DNA from: the human T2T-CHM13v2.0 reference genome, Homo sapiens
Direction: 5' to 3' (one strand)
Assembly (NCBI RefSeq): GCF_009914755.1
Contig: NC_060944.1
Length of the DNA: 64,000 nucleotides
The notes beneath the pieces were generated by a model, which made no database searches, was not told where the DNA came from, and saw only the letters and a list, made by a program, of their open reading frames with translations. The position numbers were made by a program, and so were the translations under genes. Below are positions 29,123 through 48,589 of the stretch, one piece after another (position 1 is the stretch's first letter; the number at the start of each line of letters is the position of its first letter).

Positions 29123-29678
29123 CCATGTGCACTAGGTGTGGGACAGAGTTTTGGGAAACAGACAAAGAGCAGCAAGAAGACTCACTCGATTTCATTTTGT
29201 TGTTCTTGTTGTTTTAAGAATCTTCCACGCAAAAAGAAAGATATTGAGTGTGAGAAAAATATTTTAAACATTTAGATATGTTACGTTTAACATTAAATAT
29301 TTAATATTAATAATTTGTAAAGGTTTATATTTTATTTCTTTAAGAATGCACCCACGTTACAAGAGTACTCTGGTATTTTTACAAATTAACAAAATTGAAT
29401 TGCTCCAAACAATTATTATTTACAAAGTAATACTGTCCAGAGACTGGGCCACATGGACCCCCAGTTATATTCCAGTTACATAGACAAATGAGCAATTCTA
29501 ATCCTGAATTGTAAGTGTTCTGATAAGGGAGGTAAAAGCTACTGTAGCATAAGACAGGGAAAGCAACTGGTGTATCAAAGAAGGATGATTCTTAGGGGAA
29601 AAATATCTAAGCTGAGATATGAAGTACAATCATGAAATATTCAGTCAAAACTAGACATGGTTGGGGATCAGGAAATAG
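29123..29678 (-). repeat. Right arm of a long inverted duplication (outer part L2-derived)
   Basis: For example, ACAAAGTAATACTGTCCAGAGACTGGGCCAC (29422) is the exact reverse complement of GTGGCCCAGTCTCTGGACAGTATTACTTTGT (27398). Confidence 0.95.
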
Positions 29679-29999
29679 AGTCAGAGGGGGCAGTATCATT
29701 ATAAGAAACTAAGTATTATTCATAATGGCTGGAATAGAGTGTGTGTTGGAGAATAAAGGGTAAAATAACATCGGGGAAGGCATTTTCATTATATAACGTT
29801 TTGGTGAGATCTGGAATATAACCTCGGGTTTCCATTAACAAATTCTCTTTCCATCTGTGTAAGATGCACTTCTTCAATGAGGTTGCAGTTTAACTGACTT
29901 TAGTGATTAGCCCTCTATGCCAACCAACTTTCATCTATTGGGCCTCAGAGTAGATTGTACATGGAGTAGGTTCAGTAAATAAACAAATTACTTAGTTGA

Positions 30000-30550
30000 T
30001 TAGACATTTACTCTGTATCAGACCCTATGCACATATCACCTTCACTTCTTACTATAACCCTAAAAAGGAAGGTATTATTTGTCCTACTTAAGGAATGAAT
30101 AACTCAAAGATAAGAGAGTCCATTAATTTTCACATCGAAGTGGGGACACAAGATTCATGGTTTTTTCTTCCACTATGCTAGACTGCTTTTAACTGCTATA
30201 AAAATGTAAAATCTCCATTTAGCCATGGGATTCAGTAAAAATGCATGTCCACTTTCTCAAGTCTTTCTCACACTCACCCAGTTTTTTGTGTCTTGCTACT
30301 TTACTTGTTTGTTAACTCCTAATATTACTTAGTAAGAGTAAAGATATCTTAGAATTTAGGAAGTCTTTGCCACTCCTTGGGAATATTACTTTAATCCTCC
30401 TAACATTCAGGACCTCATGTGTAAAATAGGGATTACATTCGTACCTATCTCATGGGATTGCAATTAGAATAATATGATATTACTTAGGAAAATGTAGGCA
30501 TAAGGACTGAAATAAGGCTGACACCCAGCAATGAATGTTAAATTCCCTTC
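30000..30550. mobile_element. Two MIR fragments (~30000-30190 minus, ~30360-30550 plus)
   Basis: ATAACCCTAAAAAGGAAGGTATTATT and CCTCATGTGTAAAATAGGGAT...CCTATCTCATGGGATTG are MIR-core-like. Confidence 0.55.
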
Positions 30551-31474
30551 ATCTTTAATGGGAACTTTCTCAAACTCAGTCTTCTTTCATCTTCTTTTAT
30601 AAGAACTTTGCCCGCATTATCACATTCATACTATCTGAGATGGACCTGAATTATTAAGTTAACAAAATGCCAATATACTATTACCCTGTGTGTTATATGT
30701 ACTTGACTACACACCATTTTAAAAACAGTGATTTTTCTTCTCCCTCACTCCCTGAATGAGAACTAACTTCTTTTTACCCTTAACGCTCTGTGGTGGAGGC
30801 AATCAAAAGATTTAAACCCTCTAGAAATAACTTCTATGTGACATCGCTTAGAATTCATGACACAGGAGGTGGCTCCAATTCCACCAGAGGTTCCAATCAG
30901 CCCTTAGTTCCCATTATCTCCTCCTTTCACTCAGTTAATTATCAAAGGTTGAGTAAAGAGAGAAAATGAACATAAATGGAACATTGTTCCTTTAAGAAAC
31001 TTCTCCCTGCCATTGCCTTTCAGGTTGATGATTTTGATCTTAAGAATGCACTGTCTCAGAAGGAGGCAGCACGCAGAGACAAATGTCACAGTAAATAATA
31101 TGTGAATAGTCCCTCGGTACAGCAGGCACCAAGCTCAGACCCCAGGCATTTCTCTTTCACGATGCTCCAGAGGAACTCTTCAGTCTAACATAGCCATATT
31201 GCAAGATGAATTGGGGAATCTTTCTTTTCCTGCTGATTGAGCTCTTTCAGTCCGTGACAAGACCAAGCAGAAGATGCCCTGTGGGACTGAGGGTTGGCAC
31301 AGAATAAAGATATAACCAGCCAACATGACTCAGGAACACAATATCAGGTATTTTTGTCCTGAGAACAACTGCCCAGGAGAAACAAACATATCTATAAACA
31401 CACCCAAGTGGGGAGTCCCACAGCCAGAAAGTAGAATTAAAAGTTAAGTTTGTGAGAAGAAGATGGTTTGAGGA

Positions 31475-31910
31475 TTTAGGTTAGCTTCCCTGGAAGCAGA
31501 CAGGGGATTCTGAGGCTGAGAAGAGGATTCCAATGCATGTGATTTATTAAGGGAAGGCTCTCAGGAGAGGAGGGACGCAGGGTATGACAGGAAGAGTAGC
31601 TGAGCAAGGATGTTATCTCTGCTGGAGATTAACCTCAGCCTGATCACACACAGAGATCTGAGCATGAATCAAACCACAGAGTTCATCCCACCTTGAGGCA
31701 AGGGGCAAGACATTGTGTAACCTGGCAGGCCACTCCAAAGGTGGTAATGTAGAACCTCCAAGTCAGACAGCTCCCTTACAGAAGAAAGTAGTCTCCAAAG
31801 AAGTTGGCAGCCTGGAGCCATCTAACAGCCATCACTCATGGCAACTGGGAGATGGCTACACTTGCTGGATAAAGGGAATCTGGGCAGAGAGCAAAGAGCA
31901 TCTACTACAC
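31475..31910 (-). mobile_element. ERVL-class solo LTR (LTR40/LTR41-like)
   Basis: TTCCCTGGAAGCAGA...GTGATTTATTAAGGGA...CAGCCTGATC...CCCACCTTGAGGCAAGGGG; antisense AATAAA at ~31544. Confidence 0.6.
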
Positions 31911-32569
31911 TTGGAATAACTTTATTCTTTCATATGTGTGTACCTATGGATGGAGAGGATCTCTCTCTTCCTCTCTCTCTCTCTCTCTCTAATCTATCAT
32001 TTTGCAATTTACATTAGTCTATCTACCTATGATCTATTTATTTCAGGCTTTCCTTAAATGTTGCTATGTTGCTAAACTTGTAGATTAGTTCCATTTGATT
32101 CTATCTACCCAAAGCTATCTTTCTAAATGACATTTTAAAAAGCAAATTGTTTAAAAAGTAGCATAGTTATATGACGAGGTTTTACAATATGTTTTTGGTC
32201 CTCTGTTATGCTAGACCAAAAACTTTTTTAAAAAAGAATGAATATTGCATGTCAGCTGATAGAACAGAATTGCATCTCAGCTGTGAGAAGAACATTTTGT
32301 CTTTTTAGGCTGTCATAATTAATAGCTTCAGTGTTTGATTTGCGAGGTTTTTCAAGCTACAGAAGATTGTTTCTATATACACGATAAAGCTATTAAACAC
32401 TGAAATATATTTTCAAAAGCTGCATACAAAAATCAGCTTTAAAACTTTAATATTCGCCACACATGGGCCTGGAAGTAAGGAAGGCATCTGCTATTCTCCT
32501 CTCCTCATGGCTATTTTCAAATTATCCTTCTCTTGGCTTTCTAAAAGAGCTAGGTGTTCATTTCAGGTG

Positions 32570-33640
32570 GTATCAGTAGTCTATTGCCAAAGTAACGCTG
32601 CATAGCAAGCCATCCCCAAAGCCAAAGTCTTAACACAATGAGCACGTATTTAGTTCTCAGGCCTGCAGTTTAGCAATTTAAGCTGATGTATTAGTTATAT
32701 ATTGCTGCCTAACAAATTATCCTAAAACTCAGCAGCTTAACACAATACCCATTTATCATTCTCAGTTTGCATGAGTTAGGAATTAGGTGCAGCTTAGGTG
32801 AGTCCTCTGGCTCTGGGTGTCTCACGGGTTACAATCAAGGTATTGGCTGAGACAAGGGTCATCTCAACGCTCGACTGGAGGTTGATCCACATTCAAGATC
32901 CCTGTTGTGGATGTGGCTGGCTTCAGGTCCTTGCTGGCAGTTTGCTGGAAACATCAGTTCCTTACTATGTGGGCTTCTACAAAGGACTATTCATAGCACA
33001 GCAGTTGGCTTTCCCCCAGAACAAGAATCATAGGAGAGGGAGAAAAGAATGAACAAGATAGAAATCACAGTCTTTTATAACTTCTTGGAAGTGACATTCC
33101 ATCACATTTGCTGTATTCTATTCATTTAAAAACAAGTCCCTAGGTCCAGCCCACATCCAAATAAATGGGGTTACTTAAGTACATGTATACCAGAACCACT
33201 GGGAGCCATGCAAGCTGCTGCCTACCACAGCTGGGTTCAGCTGGTTCGTTTCCTCAGGTTAGATTGGTCTTGTCATATATCTGGGAGTCAGCTGGCCTTT
33301 GGCTGATCTAGGGTGGCTTTGGCTGTGGTGGTTTGGCTCTGAGCCTTGTTTGTTTTATCCTCTTAAAAAACAGCTGGGGCTTGTTTTCATGATGTTCTCA
33401 TGGAGTCATGAGAAAAGAAGCAGAAACACCCAAAGCTGCTTGAAGATTAGGCTCAGAACAAGTATGACATCACCTTCTCTGCACTCTGCTGGCCAAAGCA
33501 ATTCCTGAAACCAACACAGATTCAAGGTGTGGGGAAATAGGTTCTCTCCTTGACAGGAAATGTTGCAGGGTCACATTCAAAAGGACCTGAATACAGGGGC
33601 TGGGGGCGCTGAGGAACGGAGGCCACTAATACAATCAAAC
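32570..33640 (-). mobile_element. Old MLT1 (MaLR) LTR with a second MLT1 LTR nested inside
   Basis: Outer element at 32570-32686 and 33230-33640. Inner LTR 32687-33229 has TG...CA ends and a 5-bp TSD GCTGA/GCTGG. Confidence 0.75.
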
Positions 33641-33994
33641 CAGTTGATTTTATCAGCAGATTGTTTCTCTTACTTTGTACCCTCAAAGCATTCACCCAGC
33701 TAGTAGCTATTCCCCTCATAACTTGAAGCTTCTTTTTCCACTCACTGTGACTCTACACAATGCTATTTCTGTTGGATTCTTGGGGCTGTTGATGTCCACA
33801 AACATCAGTGTTTTCCATTGGAGTACCATTGTTATTTGAGCAGAGAAAATTCTTCATTTATATGAAACTATTGCTTGGGTGGCAAGGAATTTGACTTCCC
33901 TGACTCCTGCCCTCTAAATGCCAATAACACTTCCCAGTTTGAAAATGCTCCAACAGGGAGGGAGGCTTCAAATAAGCAAGTGGAGAGGGCTAGA

Positions 33995-35172
33995 ATGATC
34001 CATGTGACATCAGCATCAATTTATGTTTATCTTGATATAGATACATACAGGGACATACAGAAATGTTCAGCTGAGAGAGCCTAGAAGCGGCAGCACACCA
34101 GGAGCAAAAAGCAAAATGAGCGCCCAGATCTTTGTTTCTAACACCATTCTCTGAGAAAAGGAACCAGAGTTCTTTGGTGAAATCACTCACCTAGGACTGG
34201 CAGAGAAAATATACAAGATGAATCTGGAGCATACTTTAGTACCAGAAAGTAAATGTTAGGAAACAAACAAAAGCCCCGCAATGATGGGGGCATGTCAGAA
34301 GATCACAGGTGCAAACTGAGAGAGCTCCCAAGGCTGACGCAATTTGTGTAACAAAATAAGTAAGGTAGAATCAGATTATAGCCCAAAGTATAAAATACAT
34401 ATCCATACTGATATAAATACATGATTAAATAAATACACAAATGGAGAAAAATAGACAACCCCCCCAAGTACAAGAATTCCAGATAATTTAGGTAACTACT
34501 CTGCACTCAAGCATGACTCCCTACTCCTTCGGTGTGGGCTGAAGATCATGCTTAATCCCAAAGAGTAGAGTATGGAAAGGAAAATAAAAGAGTAAATTTG
34601 CAGTGGAGCAACTTGACAGAAACTACCTTAGTCAGGTAACCAAGGTCAACATCAACAGTGATAAGCCATTGTTCATAGCATTTTGCCTTGATATGTGATG
34701 AGAATGAAATTTTGCCTCTGTAAAGTGGGTCTGTCTCCACAAAACCCATTAACTCCATTCTAATCTTGAGAAAAAAACAAATCAGACAAATCTCAGTTGA
34801 GGGATGTTCTACAAAATACCTAAACGAGTAGTCCCCAAAACTGTCAAGGTCAGCAAAAAAACCAGGAAAGTCTGAAAAGGCAACACAGCTAAGAGGAGCC
34901 TAAGAGACATGACAACTAAATGAATGTGGGATCCTGATGGGATCCTGGAGCAGAAGACAGATGTTAGATCAAAACTAAGCAAATATCAATAAAATATAGA
35001 CTTTAGTTAGTAATAATCTATCAATATTGGTTCATTAATTGTAGCATATATTCCACGCAAATGTAAACTATTAATAATAGGGAAAATTGAGTATTAGATA
35101 TATGGAAACTATGTACTATCTTAACTTTTCTGAAAATCTAACACTATTATAAAATTAAGTTTATTTTAAAAA
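33995..35172 (+). mobile_element. Old L1MC/L1MD 3' end
   Basis: GGTAACCAAGGTCAACATCAACAGTGATAAG...GGATCCTGGAGCAGAA...GACTTTAGTTAGTAATAAT...TATTGGTTCATTAATTGT; A-rich end. Confidence 0.8.
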
Positions 35173-35239
35173 ATCAACACATTTTCAACCCCACCCACCC
35201 ACCTCAGGTGAGTGGTAGCACTCTTGTTTGAAAGATACT

Positions 35240-37905
35240 TGTGTAGAAATTCTTCTGATGCCTGTCAGTCCTATGACCTCCTTTCTGTCCTTCACTCTTG
35301 CTCAACCACTCACTCCTGCAGTCACAACCAGACGCTATCATCACCAATAGTACAAATCCTTCATTGTCTCATTTCAAACATCTCTCTCCCTTTTGTGAGC
35401 CTCCCCTCTAGTACCAACAATTCTCCACACCCTGGGTCAGGACCTTTACCCTACCACCTTTTCACTGCCTCCTCTTGTCCTCATATTTGAATTTACCTAT
35501 GTTAAGTTGTAGAGTCAATCATTAGAATTGCTCCTTTGGTTATACTCTTAACTCTCTTGTTTCTCTTCTGCTTTGACCTATTATTTTGGCAAAACTCCAG
35601 CCCTGATTAAATTGGCCTCCCAACGTATTAATCTTATGTACCCATTTAGCTGAGAACAGCTGGCCTGTAATGTTGCCTGGTAAGAATGCCCTACTTGTCT
35701 AGTCAAATTTATTCCCCTTCTCTTCTAGACAACTGTTTCATGTTTCCTCCTCTTCTTAAACCTGCAATATATCTTTCCTTGTCCTCACTTTCAGCTGGTG
35801 ATATAATTCCTTGTTTCAACGAGAACATTCAAGCATTCAAAAAAGAACTTGCATAAGCTCCCACCATCACAATTACCCACTTACCTGCATCTGTGTCCAT
35901 TAGCCTGTATTCCCCCCATTACTGTGGAATACTCAACTGGATTTTCAACTAAGGCTAAACTTAGCTTTGGTACTATGTTCTATCTTTCATGCTTTTCCAA
36001 AGACATTATTGTAACAGTTTTTCCTCTTTCTTCTGCTTCATCAAAATTTTCCTTTCTACTGGATTTTTCTTGTCAGTGAATCAGTAAGTTGTTTTATTCT
36101 CCATCTGAAAAAATACATATATCTCAATCCACTTCCTTCCCCAGGTACAGTGCCATTTGTTTCCTCTTATTTATAGTCAAACTTCTTTTAAAAGTAGCCA
36201 GTACTCTTCTAGCTCCACCATTGCTCACTTCTCATTCTCTTTTAAATCCACTCTAATGAGACTTTTTCTCTACTACTCCACGAAGGTCAAACTTCCTCTC
36301 TATATTGCTAAACCCTATGGTAGATGCTTGGTAAATATTAATTGACATTTTTCCACAGCTAGCTCAGTCCTCCTTGAAAACTTTTCTTTGACTTCCAGGA
36401 ATTCACACCTTTAAGGCTTTTTGTCTTATTGGCAGCTTCTTCTCAGCCTCTTGTGCTAGTCCTTGTATCTCTTTAATCTCTTAATTGTGCAAAGTCCCAA
36501 AGCTCAGGATGGATACCTCTTCTCAATCCATCTGCGCTTACTCTCTGGTCCTCATTTGGTCTTTGTTTTAAAGACATCTTCACACTAGTGATTCTCAAGT
36601 CTATATCTGCAGTCTGTATTTCTACCCTGAACTTCAGACTCATATATACAATTGCTTACCTAAGTCTCCATCTGGATGGCTAATAAGCATCTCAAACCGT
36701 ACATGTCAAGAACTGACCTCCTTATGTTCTCCTCCCTTCCTCATCCTGATTTTTCTAGAGACTTTCTATCTCAGCAATGGAACACTATCCTTCCAGTTGA
36801 TCAGTCTAACATGTGGTGTCATCCTTGATCATTTTATTTTACTCACACCTCAAGTCTATGCCATTCAGAAATTCGGTTGGCTCTATCTCCATAACACACC
36901 TCAAATCCCACCACTTCCACTTCTACTGTATCTGCTACAACCACGCTGACTTAAGTCACCATCAACTTTTGACTGGATTAGGTTCATAGCTTGTTAGCTA
37001 GTTTCCAAGCATCTGATCATGGCCTCTTCAATTTATCCACTACAGAGCTGAGAGTGTGCTGCTGCTAAACAAGTCAGGTCATGTCACTCCTCTGCTCAAA
37101 ACTGTCTGGTGGGCCCCCATATCCCCTTGAGTTAAAATCCAGGTCATCATCATGGCTTGGAAGCTTATAAAGTAACTTTGGTCAGTTTTTAAAAATGGCT
37201 CCCCCTCTCTGCCTTCAGTGCTTTATATGGCTAAACCTTGATAATGTGGCTGGTGCCTTTGTAAGAATGAAAGTGCTCTGACCCCCCACTGGCAGATACC
37301 ACCCTGCCCCAGAGCTCACACCTCGGCAAGTAGACAGTTGGCTCCCTCAACAGGCATTTTGTGCAGTGCACACACTGCACAGCTGTCCTAGCTCTATTCA
37401 GCTGCCTGATCCCTTCCCATTAATTCTCTGCATTCATTCTTCACCAATCTTCACTGCATTCACTCTGACCAATCACACTGCCCTCCTCACTACTCTTTGG
37501 ACATGACAGACATTCTTTCACCTCAAGAGCTGTTTTCCAAACTCAAATTTCTTTCTCCAGGTATTATCCACAAGGTCCACTCCTTCAGGTCTTTGTTCAA
37601 ATACCACCATTGCTATGAGGTCTTCCCTAACTCTCCATTTGATATTATAGTTATTTCTTCCTCTACTCTGTATCCCTCTTAAAGTTTTTAAAAATTTTCT
37701 TCACAGATATTACCTACCATCTATTTCATATTCCACTTGTGATTTTCTTTCTGCATGTTTGTTGACTGTATTTCTGACCTGAAGGTACACTCCAAGAGGG
37801 CAGGAGATTTATTTTACTTTTCGTTGTTGTTAATTGCTGATTCCCCAGGACCTACAGTTCCACATGCTCCATAGTAGGCATTCAAATCCTTATCACATAA
37901 ATGAA
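35240..37905 (+). mobile_element. Long L2 (~2.6 kb) with a MER45-like insertion at ~37180-37395
   Basis: CT-rich L2 body (TCTCCATCTGGATGGCTAATAAGCATCTCAAAC, GTCATGTCACTCCTCTGCTCAAAAC) ending ATAGTAGGCATTCAAAT...ATAAATGAA. Confidence 0.85.
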
Positions 37906-37919
37906 GATATAGAAAGAGG

Positions 37920-38524
<605 letters not shown>

Positions 38525-38539
38525 AATATACCACTTCTC

Positions 38540-38718
<179 letters not shown>

Positions 38719-39944
38719 AATGTACCACTTCTCTCTCTGACCTATTTCTCCTCCACTAATCAATATTTATTTCCTTTCCTCACATTCTAGTTATTCCTGA
38801 ATGTAGGTTCTCGAGTTCTTCTTCCAAATGCATACTTACTATCTGCCATGCACATCCATTGACCTCACTCATATATTTTTTCTCCATTGCTCAAAGATTT
38901 CCAGATCAAACACTCACATAGTATGATTAATTGGAGGAAAGCTTCTACTACATAAATATTGTATTGGAAAACAATAAAGATGGAGACATTTAATCTTTTA
39001 AGCCCAGCACATATATCTGTTTGTAAAATTAACTCTCCAAAGAGAGTGAGAAGTGTAAACCAAATGGTATTTTAGGATGATTTCAAAAATAGCAGAGGAG
39101 CCTCAGTGAATCATGAATATAATGGTTGTTTCTGTTGATGTATAATTAAACATTAAGCAACCCCAATTGTTATAAGAGACATTTAACTGAAATCCATCGG
39201 CTTCAAAGGCACAAAGAAGTGCGTTCTTCTGCACAGTACTGCATTTTCCTCTTTGGTTATAAAATGTTAACTGGGGAAATGTGAGCTCTTTATTATCTTT
39301 GGCAAACATAATTTTCCTTTTCTGTCAAGTGACTGTAATGTCATTTTCTTGGTAACACCTCTGGCCTTGGAAAGTTTGGCTTAACTTTATTGATCTCTTT
39401 ATACATTTACAACAAAACAAACATATTTTGTTTGTAGAAATATGTCATTTGTTGCTCTTTGTTTGAGCTCAGCTGGCGAATGGGATGAGAAACCGAATTT
39501 TAAGAAAAGAACAACAGTGCCATTTGAACAGCTGCAGGAATGGATCTCTGAAGCAAACAGCTGGGCCACATAATATGTCTCAGACTGAGCTCCTTTGGCC
39601 TCAAATTGGGGCCTGAAAATAAAAGAGAAGGGCCTGAGAGACGGGTGATGTGGAGCTGGAAGCTTGCATTTTAGTTGTCAAATTCATAGCATGTTCATGC
39701 CAAATTGAATCCTATTACTTTCCATGAGTTAGAATGGCAGGTTTTTAAAGCTACTTCTGAGTTTCAAAAAGTTACCACTGTCAAAGTCATTCAGGCCATA
39801 CAGGGATAGAAGATATTCTTTCTACACCTATCCCAGAAAACAGTGATTTCATGCCTTGTACCAGTTACAAACATGCCCAGTAACAAGGAAGTCCATAAAC
39901 CACCTGATTTCTGTCCACCAAATGAGCTATCAAGAAACAGCCTC

Positions 39945-40849
39945 GGGGAGGAGCCAAGATGGCCGAATAGGAACAGCTCCGGTCTACAGCCCCCAGCGTG
40001 AGCGACACAGAAGATGGGTGATTTCTGCATTTCCATCTGAGGTACTGGGTTGATCTCACTAGGGAGTGCCAGACAGTGGGCACAGGTCAGTGGGTGTGCG
40101 CACCATGCGCGAGCCGAAGCAGGGCGAGACACTGCCTCACTTGGGAAGCGCAAGGGGTCAGGGAGTTCCCTTTCTGAGTCAAAGAAAGGGGTGACGGACG
40201 CACCTGGAAAATCGGGTCACTCCAACCCGAATACTGTGCTTTTCTGACCGGCTTAAAAAATGGTGCACCATGAGATTATATCCCGCACCTGGCTCGGAGG
40301 GTCCTACGCCCATGGAGTATCCCTGATTGCTAGCACAGCAGTCTGAGATCAAACTGCAAGGCTGCAGTGAGGCTGGGGGAGGGGCGCCCGCCATTGCCCA
40401 GGCTTGCTTAGGTAAACAAAGCAGCCAGGAAGCTCGAACTGGGTGGAGCCCACCACAGCTCAAGGAGGCCTGCCTGCCTCTGTAGGCTCCACCACTGGGG
40501 GCAGGGCACAGACAAACAAAAAGACAGCAGTAACCTCTGCGGACTTAAATGTCCCTGTCTGACAGCTTTGAAGAGAGCAGTGGTTCTCCCAGCACGCAGC
40601 TGGAGATCTGAGAACGGGCAGACTGCCTCCTCAAGTGGGTCCCTGACCCCTGAACCCCAAGCAGCCTAACTGGGAGGCACCCCCCAGCAGGGGCACACTG
40701 ACACCTCACAAGGCAGGGTATTCCAACAGACCTGCAGCTGAGGGTCCTGTCTGTTAGAAGGAAAACTAACAAACAGAAAGGACATCCACACCAAAAACCC
40801 ATCTGTACATCACCATCATCAAAGACCAAAAGTAGATAAAACCACAAAG
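39945..40849 (+). promoter_or_regulatory. L1 5' UTR with internal sense and antisense promoters; YY1 site intact
   Basis: CAAGATGGCCG at 39955-39965; CpG-richer than the flanks; promoter function is established for this family. Confidence 0.8.
40179..40394 (-). CDS. L1 antisense ORF0, intact 71 aa
   Basis: ATG at 40394-40392 gives MAGAPPPASLQPCSLISDCCASNQGYSMGVGPSEPGAGYNLMVHHFLSRSEKHSIRVGVTRFSRCVRHPFL*, collinear with primate L1 ORF0. Expression is not shown. Confidence 0.75.
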   Translation of the reverse strand: MAGAPPPASLQPCSLISDCCASNQGYSMGVGPSEPGAGYNLMVHHFLSRSEKHSIRVGVTRFSRCVRHPFL

Positions 40850-41866
40850 ATGGGGAAAAAACAGAACAGAAAAACTGGAAACTCTAAAAAGGAGAGCGCC
40901 TCTCCTCCTCCAAAGGAACGCAGTTCCTCACCAGCAATGGAACAAAGCTGGATGGAGAATGACTTTGACGAGCTGAGAGAAGAAGGCTTCAGACGATCAA
41001 ATTACTCTGAGCTACGGGAGGACATTCAAACCAAAGGCAAAGAAGTTGAAAACTTTGAAAAAAATTTAGATGAATGGATAACTAGAATAACCAATACAGA
41101 GAAGTGCTTAAAGGAGCTGATGGAGCTGAAAACCAAGGCTCAAGAACTACGTGAAGAATGCAGAAGCCTCAGGAGCTGATGCGATCAACTGGAAGTAAGG
41201 GTATCAGCAATGGAAGATGAAATGAATGAAATGAAGTGAGAAGGGAAGTTTAGAGAAAAAAGAATAAAAAGAAACAAACAAAGTCTCCAAGAAATATGGG
41301 ACTATGTGAAAAGACCAAATCTACATCTGATTGGTGTACCTGAAAGTGATGGGGAGAATGGAACCAAGTTGGAAAACACTCTGCAGGATATTATCCAGGA
41401 GAACTTCCCCAATCTAGCAAGGCAGGTCAACGTTCAGATTCAGGAAATACAGAGAACGCCACAAAGATACTCCTTGAGAAGAGCAACTCCAAGACACATA
41501 ATTGTCCGATTCACCAAAGTTGAAATGAAGGAAAAAATGTTAAGGGCAGCCAGAGAGAAAGGTCGGGTTACCCACAAAGGGAAGCCCATCAGACTAACAG
41601 CAGATCTCTCGGCAGAAATCCTACAAGCCAGAAGAGAGTGGGGGCCAATATTCAACATTCTTAAAGAAAAGAATTTTCAACCCAGAATTTCATATCCAGC
41701 CAAACTAAGCTTCATAAGTGAAGGAGAAATAAAATACTTTACAGACAAGCAAATGCTGAGAGATTTTGTCACCACCAAGCCTGCCCTAAAAGAGCTCCTG
41801 AAGGAAGCACTAAACATGGAAAGGAACAACCAGTACCAGCCGCTGCAAAATCATGCCAAAATGTAA
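40850..41866 (+). pseudogene. L1 ORF1p, disrupted by two in-frame TGA stops (41177, 41237)
   Basis: MGKKQNRKTGNSK...QPLQNHAKM; 1017 nt equals the canonical 338 codons plus stop; both stops are consistent with CGA>TGA changes. Confidence 0.95.
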
Positions 41867-41929
41867 AGACCATCGAGACTAGGAAGAAACTGCATCAACT
41901 AACGAGCAAAATAACCAGCTAACATCATA

Positions 41930-45757
<3,828 letters not shown>

Positions 45758-46225
45758 ACAATGAGATCACATGGACACAGGAAGGGAATATCACACTCTG
45801 GGGACTGTGGTGGGGTGGGGGGAGGGGGGAGGGATAGCATTGGGAGATATACGTAATGCTAGATGACGAGTTAGTGGGTGCAGCACACCAGCATGGCACA
45901 TGTATACATATGTAACTAACCTGCACAATGTGCACATGTACCCTAAAACTTTAAGTATAATAAAAAAAATAAATAAAAAACAAAAAAACACAGCCTCATC
46001 ATGACTGACACTTTTGATTGACACCAATTTACGTAAGAGCTATTTTCCTCTTTAAGGGCTCTTAGCATATTCAAATAGTATTTCTTGTGTCCATCTAAGT
46101 AGCAAAATATGTTTATTAACTTTTAGAGACACGTCTTTTCAAATTAAAAAAGGTATACTTATTTAAACACTTAAGGTGTCATTGTTTTATCTTAACCATT
46201 CACCTCCTCCCACCCATGTTAACAT

Positions 46226-46968
<743 letters not shown>

Positions 46969-46990
46969 CACCACTCTTAAAGACATGCTA

Positions 46991-47258
<268 letters not shown>

Positions 47259-47565
47259 AAGACATGCTAAATATTTTCTTTTTTTTCAGGCAGAAACTTC
47301 AATTAATACACTGAATGTTCTTTTACTATCAAATGCAGAAACTAGAAACCAGAACATTCAATTATTTAAAAACAAAACAAAACATACAAAGTCACAGAAA
47401 CCCAACTACTCAGCCCATATCTCTGACCTGGCCATGCAAGTAAGAAATTTGTCCACTTTCTTCATGGCCCTTTTTGCTTCTGCCAGTGTGTGAGGTTTGT
47501 GAGGTCTGTTTGATTTCCTTTCCTACACGCAGGCAAAGCGGGTTAACACCAATGTCAATGGATGC

Positions 47566-48365
<800 letters not shown>

Positions 48366-48589
48366 GATGGTGTTTTTTCCAAAAGTTTTCTTTGCTGAGT
48401 TTAAAAAGTGATGTATACAATATATCCTTAGAGACTTCATAATGATCCTTAGCATAGCAGAGTTTTTGAGAAGTCCAACAACAATTATTTAACTTTGTTT
48501 CACCCTGCAACTCTCACACTTTCTTAAGCAAAAACTTTCTTCCACAGTAGGATCCCCTCTTCTGGTAGCTGGGAGAAAATCACCTAGTA

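Noticed and set aside
27172-29678. G:U-wobble bias suggesting selection for a hairpin on one strand
   Set aside because: The core suggested a minus-strand bias, but over the full 257-nt block transitions split roughly evenly between the two strands.
27172-29678. Inverted arms as terminal inverted repeats of a DNA transposon
   Set aside because: No transposase-like ORF in the loop, no flanking TSD, the arms contain L2 sequence, and flanking repeats appear to run across the arm boundaries.
35205-35213. Consensus splice donor CAGGTGAGT
   Set aside because: An isolated motif between an L1 tail and an L2, with no supportable exon.
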